Part shown: in pieces, positions 37,568-47,758 of the stretch | How the letters are laid out: each line of letters opens with the position of its first letter | How positions within the stretch are numbered: position 1 is the stretch's first letter | Source of the DNA: an uncultured Candidatus Saccharibacteria bacterium | GTDB lineage: Bacteria; Patescibacteriota; Doudnabacteria; UBA920 | Direction of reading: 5' to 3' | Length of the DNA stretch: 64,000 nucleotides | NCBI GenBank assembly: GCA_964483665.1 | Contig: CAZACP010000005.1 | Span: 1,910 to 65,909 of the forward strand | Position numbers and translations under genes: made by a program | The notes under the pieces: model-generated | Told to the model about the DNA's origin: nothing | The model's database searches: none | Seen by the model: only the letters and a program-made list of their open reading frames with translations

Positions 37568-39295
37568 CTATTTCCAGACTCTTTTAGTATTTATGTACCA
37601 GTTAGGCAGGTCGTAAAAACGGTAAGAGGTGTCGTTTAAACTTGTTAAATTTATATTTTGAACTTTTGAATTTATAAAATAAAAATACTGGTTTTGGTTG
37701 AGCAATATAACAGCATATTTGCCAGAAATGACTTTTCCTAATTCCGAATACTTTGCTAAACGGGCTTCTTGGTTAGTTGTGTTCCGTGCGTCTGTTAATA
37801 GCTTGTCTAAATTTCCGTCGGAAAGTCCGGTTAGGTTAAGACCCGGGTCTTTGCTTTGGCTGGAATGCCAAAAAAAGAACGGATCCGGATCTGCACCGAA
37901 TTTTTGTGAATAAATTAAAACTTGAAATTTACGGGGGCGTAAAGTTTCGTCCATTAACTGTTTGGAAGGTTTTATATCCACATTTATTTCTAAGCCAAGT
38001 TTTTCCCACTGGCTTTTTAAGTTTTGTGCTGTTTCTTTGGCAGAAACTGAATCGCTCGCGGTTATAGTAAGCCCGAGTTTTTGATCTTTTTTCTGCCGTA
38101 TGTTTTCTTGTCCTAATGTCCAACCGGCTTGGTCTAAAATTTTTGCGGCCTCAGGCATATTTGCCGTGTCCGAAATTACTTGCTTGGTTAAAGGGTCGAG
38201 CGGAAGCTGTCTTTCAGATAAATACACCTCGTCTATAATAGCCTGCTTATTGGTAGCTAAATTTAGGCTTTTACGAATAAATTCTTGCGAGGTCAAGCCT
38301 TCATTTAAATTAAAAAATGCGGTTTGATATTGGGGTAAGGGAAGTTTTATCAGCTTGTAATTAGAACTAATGTCGGAAAGGTCTTCTCCGGCAGCCGGTA
38401 AGGAGCCGGCTAAGTCTATTTCTTTTCCTCTTAAGCCGTTTATTATATCCTCAGCCGAATCGTAGAACTTTATATTGAAGGTTTCAATGTTTGGACGGCT
38501 TTTGTAGAAATCATTAAAACTTTTTAAAGTTATAGATTCAATTTTACCGTTGGGAAGCTTTTTTATTTGTGAAATGGCGTAAGGCCCGCTACCCACGGCT
38601 TCTAAATTGGTTTTGTTGAGCAAAAAACCGGAAGCATCAACTTTTTGCCAAATATTTTTCGGCAGAATGGGTAAAGTTAAATTAAAAATAAAAGGTCCGG
38701 AAATGTCTTTATTTATAAATTTGATCTGATTATCGGAAATTTTTTCAACTCTGGTGTTTAGCCAAAAACCGCGCAAAGGACTTTTAAACTCCGGGTTTTT
38801 TAAGGTTTCTACTGTAAAAATTATGTCTTCCACCGTTACCGGGGTATTATTATGCCAAACCGCGTTCTTTTTTAAGGTAATTATGTAGTTTTTTTGGTCA
38901 TCGGAAATTTCAGGCAAATTTTCGGCTAGATCCGGAATTAATTCGCCGTTTGGACCGTATTTATAAAGTCCTGAAAAAATTAATCTTGTTAAGCTTTGAT
39001 CGGTATCTGAAATTGCTAAGAGGGGATTTATGTATTGGGGTTGGCCCAGTAAACCTTCGGTCAACTGTCCGCCAAAAGCCGGAACTATTTTTGTATTACT
39101 AATGTAAAAATTTTTTTCTGACACAAGCAGGCTTATGAGCGCGGCCAAAGTTAGAGCCAAAAGCGCAATTTTTTCGTTTTTGCCCATTAATGAAAAAACT
39201 TTCCGAAGGTCGGAAAGATGGAAGTTTTTTAAGGCTTTAAAACCGCTAACAATTTGCCTTAAGCTTGATATTGGGTTGTGGGAATAACCGTTCAT
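37568..39295 (-). CDS. Peptide ABC transporter substrate-binding protein (family 5)
   Basis: INPLLA, LIFSGL, WH..TP.T.EDI.FT, VGSGPY; start ATG 39295. Confidence 0.9.
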   Translation of the reverse strand: MNGYSHNPISSLRQIVSGFKALKNFHLSDLRKVFSLMGKNEKIALLALTLAALISLLVSEKNFYISNTKIVPAFGGQLTEGLLGQPQYINPLLAISDTDQSLTRLIFSGLYKYGPNGELIPDLAENLPEISDDQKNYIITLKKNAVWHNNTPVTVEDIIFTVETLKNPEFKSPLRGFWLNTRVEKISDNQIKFINKDISGPFIFNLTLPILPKNIWQKVDASGFLLNKTNLEAVGSGPYAISQIKKLPNGKIESITLKSFNDFYKSRPNIETFNIKFYDSAEDIINGLRGKEIDLAGSLPAAGEDLSDISSNYKLIKLPLPQYQTAFFNLNEGLTSQEFIRKSLNLATNKQAIIDEVYLSERQLPLDPLTKQVISDTANMPEAAKILDQAGWTLGQENIRQKKDQKLGLTITASDSVSAKETAQNLKSQWEKLGLEINVDIKPSKQLMDETLRPRKFQVLIYSQKFGADPDPFFFWHSSQSKDPGLNLTGLSDGNLDKLLTDARNTTNQEARLAKYSELGKVISGKYAVILLNQNQYFYFINSKVQNINLTSLNDTSYRFYDLPNWYINTKRVWK

Positions 39296-39391
39296 GTTCA
39301 CAGATACACAGATGCCGCAGGTTGCACAGATTCGGATTAAGTAAATCTTATTCAGAATCAAGTTTTGTAGTAACCGGCGTCTATTTGGATA

Positions 39392-39610
39392 TCATTTTAG
39401 AAACAGGAAACCTATATTAATTACAACAAATAAAATACCAATTATTATTGTCGCGTAAAAAAGCCATTTATCAAAGCCTCGTCTGGTAGCTACTATGTTG
39501 CCTGCGCCCCCAAAAACATTGGACAAACCGGAAGATTTGTTCTGAAGGGAAATAACAATTATTAATATTACCATTACCAATATGTCAATAAATTGCAGTA
39601 TTTGGCGCAT
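39392..39610 (-). CDS. secG: Preprotein translocase subunit SecG
   Basis: Two TMs with LQ....GL...FGG loop. Confidence 0.9.
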   Translation of the reverse strand: MRQILQFIDILVMVILIIVISLQNKSSGLSNVFGGAGNIVATRRGFDKWLFYATIIIGILFVVINIGFLFLK

Positions 39611-39773
39611 ATTTTATATATTTTAACTTAACTCAACTGGCTTATTGTACAAAGTTTATAAGGCAAAGTCAAGAAGGGGGTTTGAACTGACAAAAATGAC
39701 AAAATCGAGGTAATTGACAAAATTATTTATGCATATTTGATGCCTAAATTATGATTATGTCAATTTTCATCAA

Positions 39774-41675
39774 CTATAATTTCAGCTTAATCATATTGGC
39801 TAGTTTTTTTCCAACCACTTTTTCCAATTCCTCAAAACTTGCTAGCTTAATAGTTGCGACTGTGCCGAATTTTTCTTTTAAGAGTTTTTTGGTTTTGGGT
39901 CCAATGCCTGAAATATCATCTAGCGCAGATTTTACCGCCTGCTTGCTCCTTAAGTTTCTGTGGAAAGTTATGCCAAAACGGTGGGCTTCGTCCCTAAGTC
40001 TTTGAAGTAGCTGCAAGGCCGGCTGGTCGTGGCCAAGTATAATTGGGTTTGGATTATTGGGGAGGAAAATTTCCTCAATCCTTTTAGCTAAACCAACGAC
40101 TGGAATTATGAATTTGGAATTATGAATTATGGATACGGCGACACTAAGTTGGCCTTTGCCGCCATCAATTACTATTAAATCCGGTAGTGGCCATTTATCT
40201 TTTTCCATAATTCCAGACTCCTGATTTGTAATTCTACTGAGTCTTCGACTTAACATTTCTCTCATCATGGCGAAATCGTCGGGGGTTTGCTGGCCGCGAA
40301 TTTTAAACTTGCGATACTGCGATTTTAAAGGCTTGCCGTCAACAAAAACCACCATGCTTCCAACCGGGTTGGTTCCTTGAGTGTTTGAAATATCGTAACA
40401 TTCTATTCTTTTTGGCACTTGAGGCAATTTTAAAACTTCTTTTAGCTGGTTAAGCGCGGAATTAATTTTGTCTATTTCGCCGGCTTTTTGAGAAAGGCTC
40501 TGTTTTAAATATTCACCCGCGTTTTGTTCAGCCATATTTAAGAGCCGTAAAGGCTCTTTTTGAGTGGCTTTTATTATGGAGGTTTTTTTGTGAAAGCGGT
40601 TTTTTAACAGCTGTTCTATAAGCGGCTTATTTTCAGGATTGTCTTTTACATAAATTTTGTCAGGCCTGTCAGAAGTTTCTATATAGTAGTCTTCTAAAAA
40701 TTTTTGCAGAATCTCATTCTTTCCGTAGGTATCTGTAGGCGCATTTATTTCTGTGGTTGTGTAGATAAAGTTTTCCTTGTCTATTAATTTTCCTCCGCGG
40801 ACTTTAAACAAATTAATGCAGGTATTTTCGTCTTGTGAAAACAGACCTATTAAGTCCCAATTAACTTTTTTTGGAATTATTACACTTTGTTTTTGTTCTA
40901 CCATTAAAAGGCCCCTAAGCTGGTTTCTTAAGCGCGCGGCTTTTTCAAAGAGCTTTTTGCTTGACGCAATTTTCATTTCTTTTTCTATGTCTTTTTTTAC
41001 GGTTTTAAAATCGCCCTTTAAAAACAGTTTAATTTTTTCTAAATGATCTTTATATTCATTAAGCGGCATAACGCCAATGCATACTCCCGGACAGCGGTGC
41101 AAATGATAGTAAAAACATGGATTGCTTGAAACCTTTGTGTTTGTGCAGTAGGGGAATATGTAGCGTATGGTTTTTAAAACTTCTCTGACTTTGTAGGCAG
41201 CGGTGTAAGGGCCGAAATAATCAGATTTTAGATTTAAGATTTTAGATTTTAGATTTGTTTCATCCCAAAAACGGCGTTTTTCAAAAGCTTGATCCGCGAT
41301 TTTTCGTGTAAGCAGAATTTGCGGTATTTCTGTTGTATAGTCAAAAGCTATAAAGGTGTAGCTTTTGTCGTCGCGCAAAAGAATATTGTATTTGGGCGTG
41401 TGTTTTTGTATTAAAGTGCGTTCTAAATAAAGGCTTTCAAGTTCATTTGAAACTAAAGTGTATTCTAAGTCCGTTGCCTCCTGCATTAAAAACGGGATTT
41501 GCGGACGGTCGTCGTGATTTTGAAAATACTGCTTAACGCGGGCTTTTAAGTTTTTAGCTTTGCCAATATAAAGAATCTTCCCTGTTTTGTCTTTATATAT
41601 ATAGACACCGGGAGTAATAGGAAGAGCAGATATTTTTGATTTTAGATATTGGGATATTGGTTCAGACATATACAA
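39774..41675 (-). CDS. uvrC: Excinuclease ABC subunit C
   Basis: PGVY...YIGKAKNL, ECYDISN, DGGKGQ, RDEAHRF, HhH. Confidence 0.97.
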   Translation of the reverse strand: MYMSEPISQYLKSKISALPITPGVYIYKDKTGKILYIGKAKNLKARVKQYFQNHDDRPQIPFLMQEATDLEYTLVSNELESLYLERTLIQKHTPKYNILLRDDKSYTFIAFDYTTEIPQILLTRKIADQAFEKRRFWDETNLKSKILNLKSDYFGPYTAAYKVREVLKTIRYIFPYCTNTKVSSNPCFYYHLHRCPGVCIGVMPLNEYKDHLEKIKLFLKGDFKTVKKDIEKEMKIASSKKLFEKAARLRNQLRGLLMVEQKQSVIIPKKVNWDLIGLFSQDENTCINLFKVRGGKLIDKENFIYTTTEINAPTDTYGKNEILQKFLEDYYIETSDRPDKIYVKDNPENKPLIEQLLKNRFHKKTSIIKATQKEPLRLLNMAEQNAGEYLKQSLSQKAGEIDKINSALNQLKEVLKLPQVPKRIECYDISNTQGTNPVGSMVVFVDGKPLKSQYRKFKIRGQQTPDDFAMMREMLSRRLSRITNQESGIMEKDKWPLPDLIVIDGGKGQLSVAVSIIHNSKFIIPVVGLAKRIEEIFLPNNPNPIILGHDQPALQLLQRLRDEAHRFGITFHRNLRSKQAVKSALDDISGIGPKTKKLLKEKFGTVATIKLASFEELEKVVGKKLANMIKLKL

Positions 41676-41863
41676 ATTATATCGGCTGTTTGAAAGAGTG
41701 TCTATTTAGCCTTAAAGACTTGTTAATTCTTGACTTCTATGGTAGAATTGCAACTAAGTTTGCAAATTTACGAAATACGAATCGGTACGAATATACTAAT
41801 GAGAATTCCAACGAGTCGTATATTAGTATCCGCCAGCTGGCGGAATTAGTATTTGGTAAAGTT

Positions 41864-44722
41864 ATGAATAATATTATTTCAATTCGCGGGGCGAGAATGC
41901 ACAACCTAAAAGGGGTTGATTTAGACATACCGCGCAATAAGTTAATAGTATTTACAGGTTTGTCCGGCTCGGGCAAATCTTCTTTGGCGTTTGATACTTT
42001 ATATGCCGAAGGACAGCGTCGTTATGTAGAAAGCTTATCGGCTTACGCCAGGCAGTTCATTGGCCTTATGGACAAGCCGGATGTAGATAAAATAGAGGGG
42101 CTTTCGCCAGCCATCTCAATCGATCAAAAAAGTGCAAGCCATAATCCTCGTTCTACTGTTGGGACAGTAACGGAAATTTATGATTATATGAGACTGCTTT
42201 GGGCGCGTGTGGGTGTGCCTCATTGTCCGGAGTGCGGAAAAAAAATTGAAGGCCAGACCATAAGAGCCATGACTGACCAGCTTTTAGCCTTGCCTCAGGG
42301 CACAAAACTTATGCTGCTTGCGCCATTGGTAAAAGACCAGAAAGGCGAGCATCGTCATGTTTTTGAGCACATTAAAAAAGCCGGTTTTGCCAGAGTCAGG
42401 TTAGATGGCACGGTTATGGATTTAAATGAAGCGCAAAATATAACTTTAGACAAACAAAAAAAACATTCCGTTGAAGTTGTGGTGGACAGGATAGTTGTAG
42501 AGGATTCGGAAAAAGGCAGAATAAGCGAAAGTTTGGAAAAAGCTCTGGATTTAGGCGACGGCATAGTCTATGCAGCAAGGATGGCCACGGAAAAAAATAC
42601 GGAAGATCACGGAAAGGATGTTATTTTGTCCCAACACTTTGCCTGTCCGGACGGCCACGTGCAGCTTTCCGAGCTTGACCCAAGAGACTTTTCTTTTAAC
42701 AGCCCGCACGGCGCTTGCGGCGAATGCAAAGGCCTTGGAACCAAGCTAACAGTTGAGCCGGATTTGGTTATTCCCAACCAAAAACTAACTCTAGCAGAAG
42801 GCGCAATTAGGCCTTGGAGCAAAACCGCTGCCAGGCAGGGCTGGTATTTTAATATGCTTTCGGCAGTCAGCAGGGAATATGGGTTTTCTTTAAATACGCC
42901 AGTTAAAGATTTGCCGAAAAAATTTATAGACGTAGTTTTGTACGGAACCGGCGAGAGAAAAATAAAAGTGGCGGGCGAATTTTCCAGCCGGGACGGCGGC
43001 TACGAAATGAATACGGTTTTTGAAGGGGTAATTCCAAACTTAGAACGGCGCTATAAAGAAACTGACTCCGACTATATTCGCGGAGAAATAGAAGCCTATA
43101 TGCGCGTTCGCAAATGCGATTCCTGCAAAGGCTTAAGGCTCAGGCGGGAAGTTTTAGGCGTCACTATTGCCAAAAAAAATATTGTGGAGGTTTCTGCTAT
43201 GACCATTGAGTCAGCGGAAAAGTACTTTAAAGATTTAAGCAAAACGCTTTCGCAAAAAGATTTAATTATTGGCAAGCAGGTTTTAAAAGAAATAAACGCG
43301 AGGCTTTCATTTTTATTAAATGTCGGTCTTTCGTATTTGTCACTCGATAGAACCGCCGACACGCTCTCCGGCGGGGAAGCCCAGCGTATCCGCTTGGCTA
43401 CCCAAATCGGCAGTGGCCTTACCGGTGTTTTGTATATTTTAGACGAGCCAAGTATTGGTTTACACCAGAGAGACAATGGACGTTTGTTAGAAACGCTTAA
43501 AAATCTGCGCGACTTGGGCAATACCGTAATTGTTGTTGAGCACGACGAAGAAACTATAAGAGAAGCCGATTGGGTGGTAGACATAGGTCCGGGCGCGGGC
43601 AAGCATGGGGGCGAAGTGGTGGGTGAAGGCACGCCTTCGCAAATTGAGAAAAATCAAAAAAGCATTACCGGGCATTATTTAAGCGGCAAAGAATTTATAG
43701 CCGTGCCAAAAAGGCGCAGAGCCGGCAACGGCAAGAAACTGCAAATTTTTGGCGCCAGTGAATTTAATTTGAGGGATTTAAACGTGGAAATTCCGCTGGC
43801 TAAATTTGTTTGTGTAACCGGCGTTTCCGGCAGCGGCAAATCTACCTTGTTTAATGACATTTTGGCCAGGGCGCTTTCCAAGTATTTTTATAACAGCAAG
43901 GAAGAGCCGGGCGCGCATAAAAAAATATTGGGTATGGACCATATAGACAAAGTTATAAATATTGACCAAAGCCCAATCGGCCGAACGCCCCGTTCTAACC
44001 CTTCTACTTACACCGGACTTTTTACGCCTATTCGCGAACTTTTCGCGGAAACTAAAGAAGCAAAAATGCGCGGCTATCAGGCCGGGCGCTTTAGCTTTAA
44101 CGTTAAGGGCGGCAGGTGCGAAAAGTGCGCGGGTGACGGCGTTATTCAAGTAGAAATGAATTTTTTGCCGGACGTATATATAACCTGCGAAGACTGCAAT
44201 GGCAAACGTTACAACAGGGAGGCTTTGGAAATTCATTACAAGGAAAAAACTATTTCCGATGTTTTGGAAATGACTGTAGACGAAGCCAAGCATTTTTTTG
44301 CCAGTATCCCAATTATTCACAAGAAATTGGAAACTTTAAGCGAGGTAGGCTTAGGATATATGCGGCTTGGCCAAAATGCCACAACTTTGTCCGGCGGTGA
44401 GGCGCAGCGCATAAAATTAGCAACCGAACTTTCAAGGGCTAGTACAGGCAGAACTTTGTATCTTTTAGACGAGCCAACAACAGGTTTACATTTTGCCGAT
44501 GTAAAGAGACTTATACATGTGTTGAATAAATTGGTAGAAAAGGGTAATAGCGTGGTAGTTATAGAACACAACTTAGATATGATTAAAACTGCTGACTGGC
44601 TTATAGATTTAGGCCCTGAAGGCGGGGACAAGGGCGGAATGCTGGTTGCGGCCGGCACGCCCGAAGACGTAGCCAAGGTAAAGAGCAGTTTTACCGGCCA
44701 ATATTTAAAGAAAATTTTGTAA
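41864..44722 (+). CDS. uvrA: Excinuclease ABC subunit A
   Basis: Two ABC ATPase modules, zinc fingers, EGQRRYVESLS; start ATG 41864. Confidence 0.98.
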   Translation: MNNIISIRGARMHNLKGVDLDIPRNKLIVFTGLSGSGKSSLAFDTLYAEGQRRYVESLSAYARQFIGLMDKPDVDKIEGLSPAISIDQKSASHNPRSTVGTVTEIYDYMRLLWARVGVPHCPECGKKIEGQTIRAMTDQLLALPQGTKLMLLAPLVKDQKGEHRHVFEHIKKAGFARVRLDGTVMDLNEAQNITLDKQKKHSVEVVVDRIVVEDSEKGRISESLEKALDLGDGIVYAARMATEKNTEDHGKDVILSQHFACPDGHVQLSELDPRDFSFNSPHGACGECKGLGTKLTVEPDLVIPNQKLTLAEGAIRPWSKTAARQGWYFNMLSAVSREYGFSLNTPVKDLPKKFIDVVLYGTGERKIKVAGEFSSRDGGYEMNTVFEGVIPNLERRYKETDSDYIRGEIEAYMRVRKCDSCKGLRLRREVLGVTIAKKNIVEVSAMTIESAEKYFKDLSKTLSQKDLIIGKQVLKEINARLSFLLNVGLSYLSLDRTADTLSGGEAQRIRLATQIGSGLTGVLYILDEPSIGLHQRDNGRLLETLKNLRDLGNTVIVVEHDEETIREADWVVDIGPGAGKHGGEVVGEGTPSQIEKNQKSITGHYLSGKEFIAVPKRRRAGNGKKLQIFGASEFNLRDLNVEIPLAKFVCVTGVSGSGKSTLFNDILARALSKYFYNSKEEPGAHKKILGMDHIDKVINIDQSPIGRTPRSNPSTYTGLFTPIRELFAETKEAKMRGYQAGRFSFNVKGGRCEKCAGDGVIQVEMNFLPDVYITCEDCNGKRYNREALEIHYKEKTISDVLEMTVDEAKHFFASIPIIHKKLETLSEVGLGYMRLGQNATTLSGGEAQRIKLATELSRASTGRTLYLLDEPTTGLHFADVKRLIHVLNKLVEKGNSVVVIEHNLDMIKTADWLIDLGPEGGDKGGMLVAAGTPEDVAKVKSSFTGQYLKKIL

Positions 44723-44806
44723 AAACATAAAAACCACCTTTCGACAGCCTCAGGGTGGTTTTTATGTTATAATTAGTTTAAGTTTACACCTAAAAATAAA
44801 AAGTTT

Positions 44807-47365
44807 ATGGGCTTAGGATTTTTAAACAGGCTAAAATTTGGCGGGGAAGAAGCCGCTATAACTAATAAAGATTTTTCAGTTTCCACTACGGAAAATAAGG
44901 AAAAAAAAGAAAAAAGCCTAGTTCTTGATATTGGCAACAGTGTGTCAATGTCAGAAAAATCCCAAAATCAAGAAAGCGGTGACCAGGCTTTGGTTGTTAA
45001 AGCTTCCAAAAATTCACCGGTCACTGTACTGGGCGTTTTTGATACAGTTAACGAAAATAAAACCGGACCACAACCTGCAAAGATAGCGAAAAATTTTTTT
45101 AAAAATAATTTTGCTAAAATTTTCTCTGGGAAAGAAAAGCCTAAAACCGACGAAGATTTGCCGAATTACAAATCAGAAATGACAACTTTGTTTAGTGAAG
45201 CGGCAAAAAATGGAGCAGAGCAAAATCCTCCCAAAGGTTCAAGAACTACCGCGACAGTTTTGGGATTAACGGAAAATGTGGAAGGTAAAGATATGACAGC
45301 CGTTGTTGGCAATGTTGGTGATAGCGCTGTTTTTGTTTTAGAGGATGGAGAATTGAAAAAAATAACCCAAGAAAAGCACAAAAGTGTTATAACTTTGCCG
45401 GGCGGAAGAACTCAAACTGAGTTTAGTAAGATATTGTCTTTTTCAAAATCAAATACTATGCGTTCAGCCGGAATGTCTGTTCCTGAAGTAGCGACTTTCA
45501 AAGTTAAGCCCGGGAGTGTAATTTTGCTTGCTACAGACGGAATAGCGGAAAAATTATCTTTGGACCAAATAAAGGAATTACTCGCTTCTAGCGAAAATTC
45601 ACAACAAATTGCAGAAAAATTTATTGAAGCAGGTTATCAGAATGCTGACAGGGCTGCTGTTGTGGTAAAAATAAAAAATCCCGAATATACGGTGCCGGCA
45701 AAAAATAATGCACCTGCTGATACGGTTTTGGAAAATTTACCTTCAGTACAGGAAAGTAAAGTGCAAGAAGCTGAGCCTGAAATAACTAAGGAAGAAAAAC
45801 AAAAGTGGTACAGTGTGGTTAAAAATACGCTTAAAGAGGCAAAAAACTATTTACCGTCATTACCCAAAGTAAAGATGCCGAGTTTTAGCATGCCAAAGGT
45901 AAGTATGCCGAATGTGAAAATACCGGAAATGCCCAAGTTAAGTATGCCTGAATTTAACATGCCTAAGTTGCCTAATGTAAAAATGTCGGAAGTTAAAATG
46001 CCCAAGTTTGAAAGGCCCGGATTTTTAAAAAGAAATAAAACTGAGCAGTCCACAGAGCCCGAAAAACAGCCGGTGGAAGTAAATGTAGAAAAAGAGCTGC
46101 AAAAACCCGCGGTGGAAAGAAAAATTGGGGAAAGGGTTATGGCGCAGTTAAAAAATTTAAGGCCTATTGGTCTGAAGGAAATTGCGCTTTCGGCCGGGGC
46201 GGGAGCCGCGGTTAGAATTGGGGCAAAACTCACCATGGAAACCTTAAGTTTTGGAGCAAAAACTGCTGTGGCAGCCGCGGCAGGAGGCGTAACCTCAGGG
46301 GTTAGGGAATATTTTAAGCAAAGAAGAGAAGCAGACGAGCATATAAACAAATTTGTGGAAGAATTAAGCAGTAAGGGGATGCCGGACATAAAAAGCGGGA
46401 ATGCCCAAATGTTTAAAGTCCCTGAAACTTTAGTTGAATTGGCTGAAAAAAAACAAAGAGGCGAAAAAATGACAGTTAAAGATTTTAAAGAATTTTTAAA
46501 AGTAGATATGCACGCAGCTTTAGAGTTGTCCGACAAAGATGCTGAAGTTAGAAATAAAATTTTAGAAGAAATAGAAAAGTTGAAAATAGACAAAATGAAA
46601 ATCGCAGTAGCGGCTGCACAAGGCGCGGTAGCAGGCGCGATTGGCAGTATGGTAGTGGGCGAAATTATAGAATTCGGCAGCTCCCATAACTGGTTTAATG
46701 TGGACGAAAAAGCCAAAGATTTTATAGCCTGGGCGAAAAAAGGATTAAGCGGTTTTGGCGAACCGCATAATACTGCGGTAGCCGGATCAGTAGGCAAGGA
46801 AATTATTAAACAACAAATGCCAGGTTTAGAACAAGCTCCTGAATTAAAAATTCCGGATGAAATAATGCCGGATATTCTTCAAAATAAAGATTCGGCTTTT
46901 GAATATCAGGAAGTTGTTAAACAAAAACTGTATCAGTTTAATTCGGAAAGGGTGGAAAGTTTGACCAAAGCCTCAAGGGGTTTAATTCATGACTATTTGA
47001 ACAACGAAACATTGCTTAAAACATCTTTAGGCAAAGAAAATTTGTCTATTGAGAAAATGGTTTATGCGGAAGACTATTTAAGGAAGGCTTTGGAAAAAAT
47101 GCAAATTTCAGGGGGCAAACAAGTTGCGATTCCCGGAAATGTTATAGCCGAAGCCGTGGAAAAAGCCAGGCACTTAACCCAAGGACAGCTCGATAATTTA
47201 AAACAGCTTATAAATTCACCGGAACATAAGCTTGGTCAGGCTGCAAAAAACTTTATGGAATCGCAAGATTATGCCGAGAAAGCAAATGATACTAGAAAAT
47301 TTTTTGGCACTAAAGCCGACGGTTCAAAAATTGCGGGTTTATTAATTGTTGACGCAGTAAAATAA
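44807..47365 (+). CDS. Large protein with degenerate PP2C-like phosphatase domain, MPK repeat linker and hydrophobic hairpins
   Basis: GVFD, NVGDS, LATDG motifs; (V/M)xMPK repeats. Confidence 0.7.
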   Translation: MGLGFLNRLKFGGEEAAITNKDFSVSTTENKEKKEKSLVLDIGNSVSMSEKSQNQESGDQALVVKASKNSPVTVLGVFDTVNENKTGPQPAKIAKNFFKNNFAKIFSGKEKPKTDEDLPNYKSEMTTLFSEAAKNGAEQNPPKGSRTTATVLGLTENVEGKDMTAVVGNVGDSAVFVLEDGELKKITQEKHKSVITLPGGRTQTEFSKILSFSKSNTMRSAGMSVPEVATFKVKPGSVILLATDGIAEKLSLDQIKELLASSENSQQIAEKFIEAGYQNADRAAVVVKIKNPEYTVPAKNNAPADTVLENLPSVQESKVQEAEPEITKEEKQKWYSVVKNTLKEAKNYLPSLPKVKMPSFSMPKVSMPNVKIPEMPKLSMPEFNMPKLPNVKMSEVKMPKFERPGFLKRNKTEQSTEPEKQPVEVNVEKELQKPAVERKIGERVMAQLKNLRPIGLKEIALSAGAGAAVRIGAKLTMETLSFGAKTAVAAAAGGVTSGVREYFKQRREADEHINKFVEELSSKGMPDIKSGNAQMFKVPETLVELAEKKQRGEKMTVKDFKEFLKVDMHAALELSDKDAEVRNKILEEIEKLKIDKMKIAVAAAQGAVAGAIGSMVVGEIIEFGSSHNWFNVDEKAKDFIAWAKKGLSGFGEPHNTAVAGSVGKEIIKQQMPGLEQAPELKIPDEIMPDILQNKDSAFEYQEVVKQKLYQFNSERVESLTKASRGLIHDYLNNETLLKTSLGKENLSIEKMVYAEDYLRKALEKMQISGGKQVAIPGNVIAEAVEKARHLTQGQLDNLKQLINSPEHKLGQAAKNFMESQDYAEKANDTRKFFGTKADGSKIAGLLIVDAVK

Positions 47366-47369
47366 ATAT

Positions 47370-47678
47370 ATGATTAATTTAGACCAAACATTAAACAGCC
47401 TAATTCAGGAATTAGATTTAGAGGGGAGCGAGCAGGAAGTTTTAGAAGTAAAAGCCGAGTTAAAAGACAAATTTTATAAAGTGGTTATAGACACTCTTGT
47501 AAATAATTTAACTCCAGAGCAAAAACAGGAGTTTTTGCGTATTCTTAAAGAACAGCAGGATCCGAGTGTAGAAATAGAAAAGCTGGCAGCAAGCGTGCCC
47601 GGCCTTTTAGGCCAAATAACCGACGCCTTAGACAGAGAACTAAAGCTAATAAGGTCGTTTTTTGGTAAAAATCAATAA
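47370..47678 (+). CDS. Hypothetical acidic helical protein
   Basis: 102 aa ORF coupled to the upstream gene. Confidence 0.6.
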   Translation: MINLDQTLNSLIQELDLEGSEQEVLEVKAELKDKFYKVVIDTLVNNLTPEQKQEFLRILKEQQDPSVEIEKLAASVPGLLGQITDALDRELKLIRSFFGKNQ

Positions 47679-47758
47679 ACTATATAAAGAGAAAAGACCG
47701 GAGCTTTGCGGGCGTCCGGTCTTTTTTGGTTGTGAAGCGAAATCTGGCCGCTCTTATC

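Noticed and set aside
41636-41863. N-terminal extensions of UvrA (also TrpS, EF-P, XRE, peptide-binding protein) in the ORF track
   Set aside because: They arise from upstream alternative start codons running through repeats or neighbouring genes; conserved sequence starts at later ATGs.
45847-46797. 316 aa minus-strand ORF and the other antisense shadow ORFs in trxB, uvrA, rnj, pil and PEP-CTERM genes
   Set aside because: Fully overlap well-supported genes and have no recognisable motifs.
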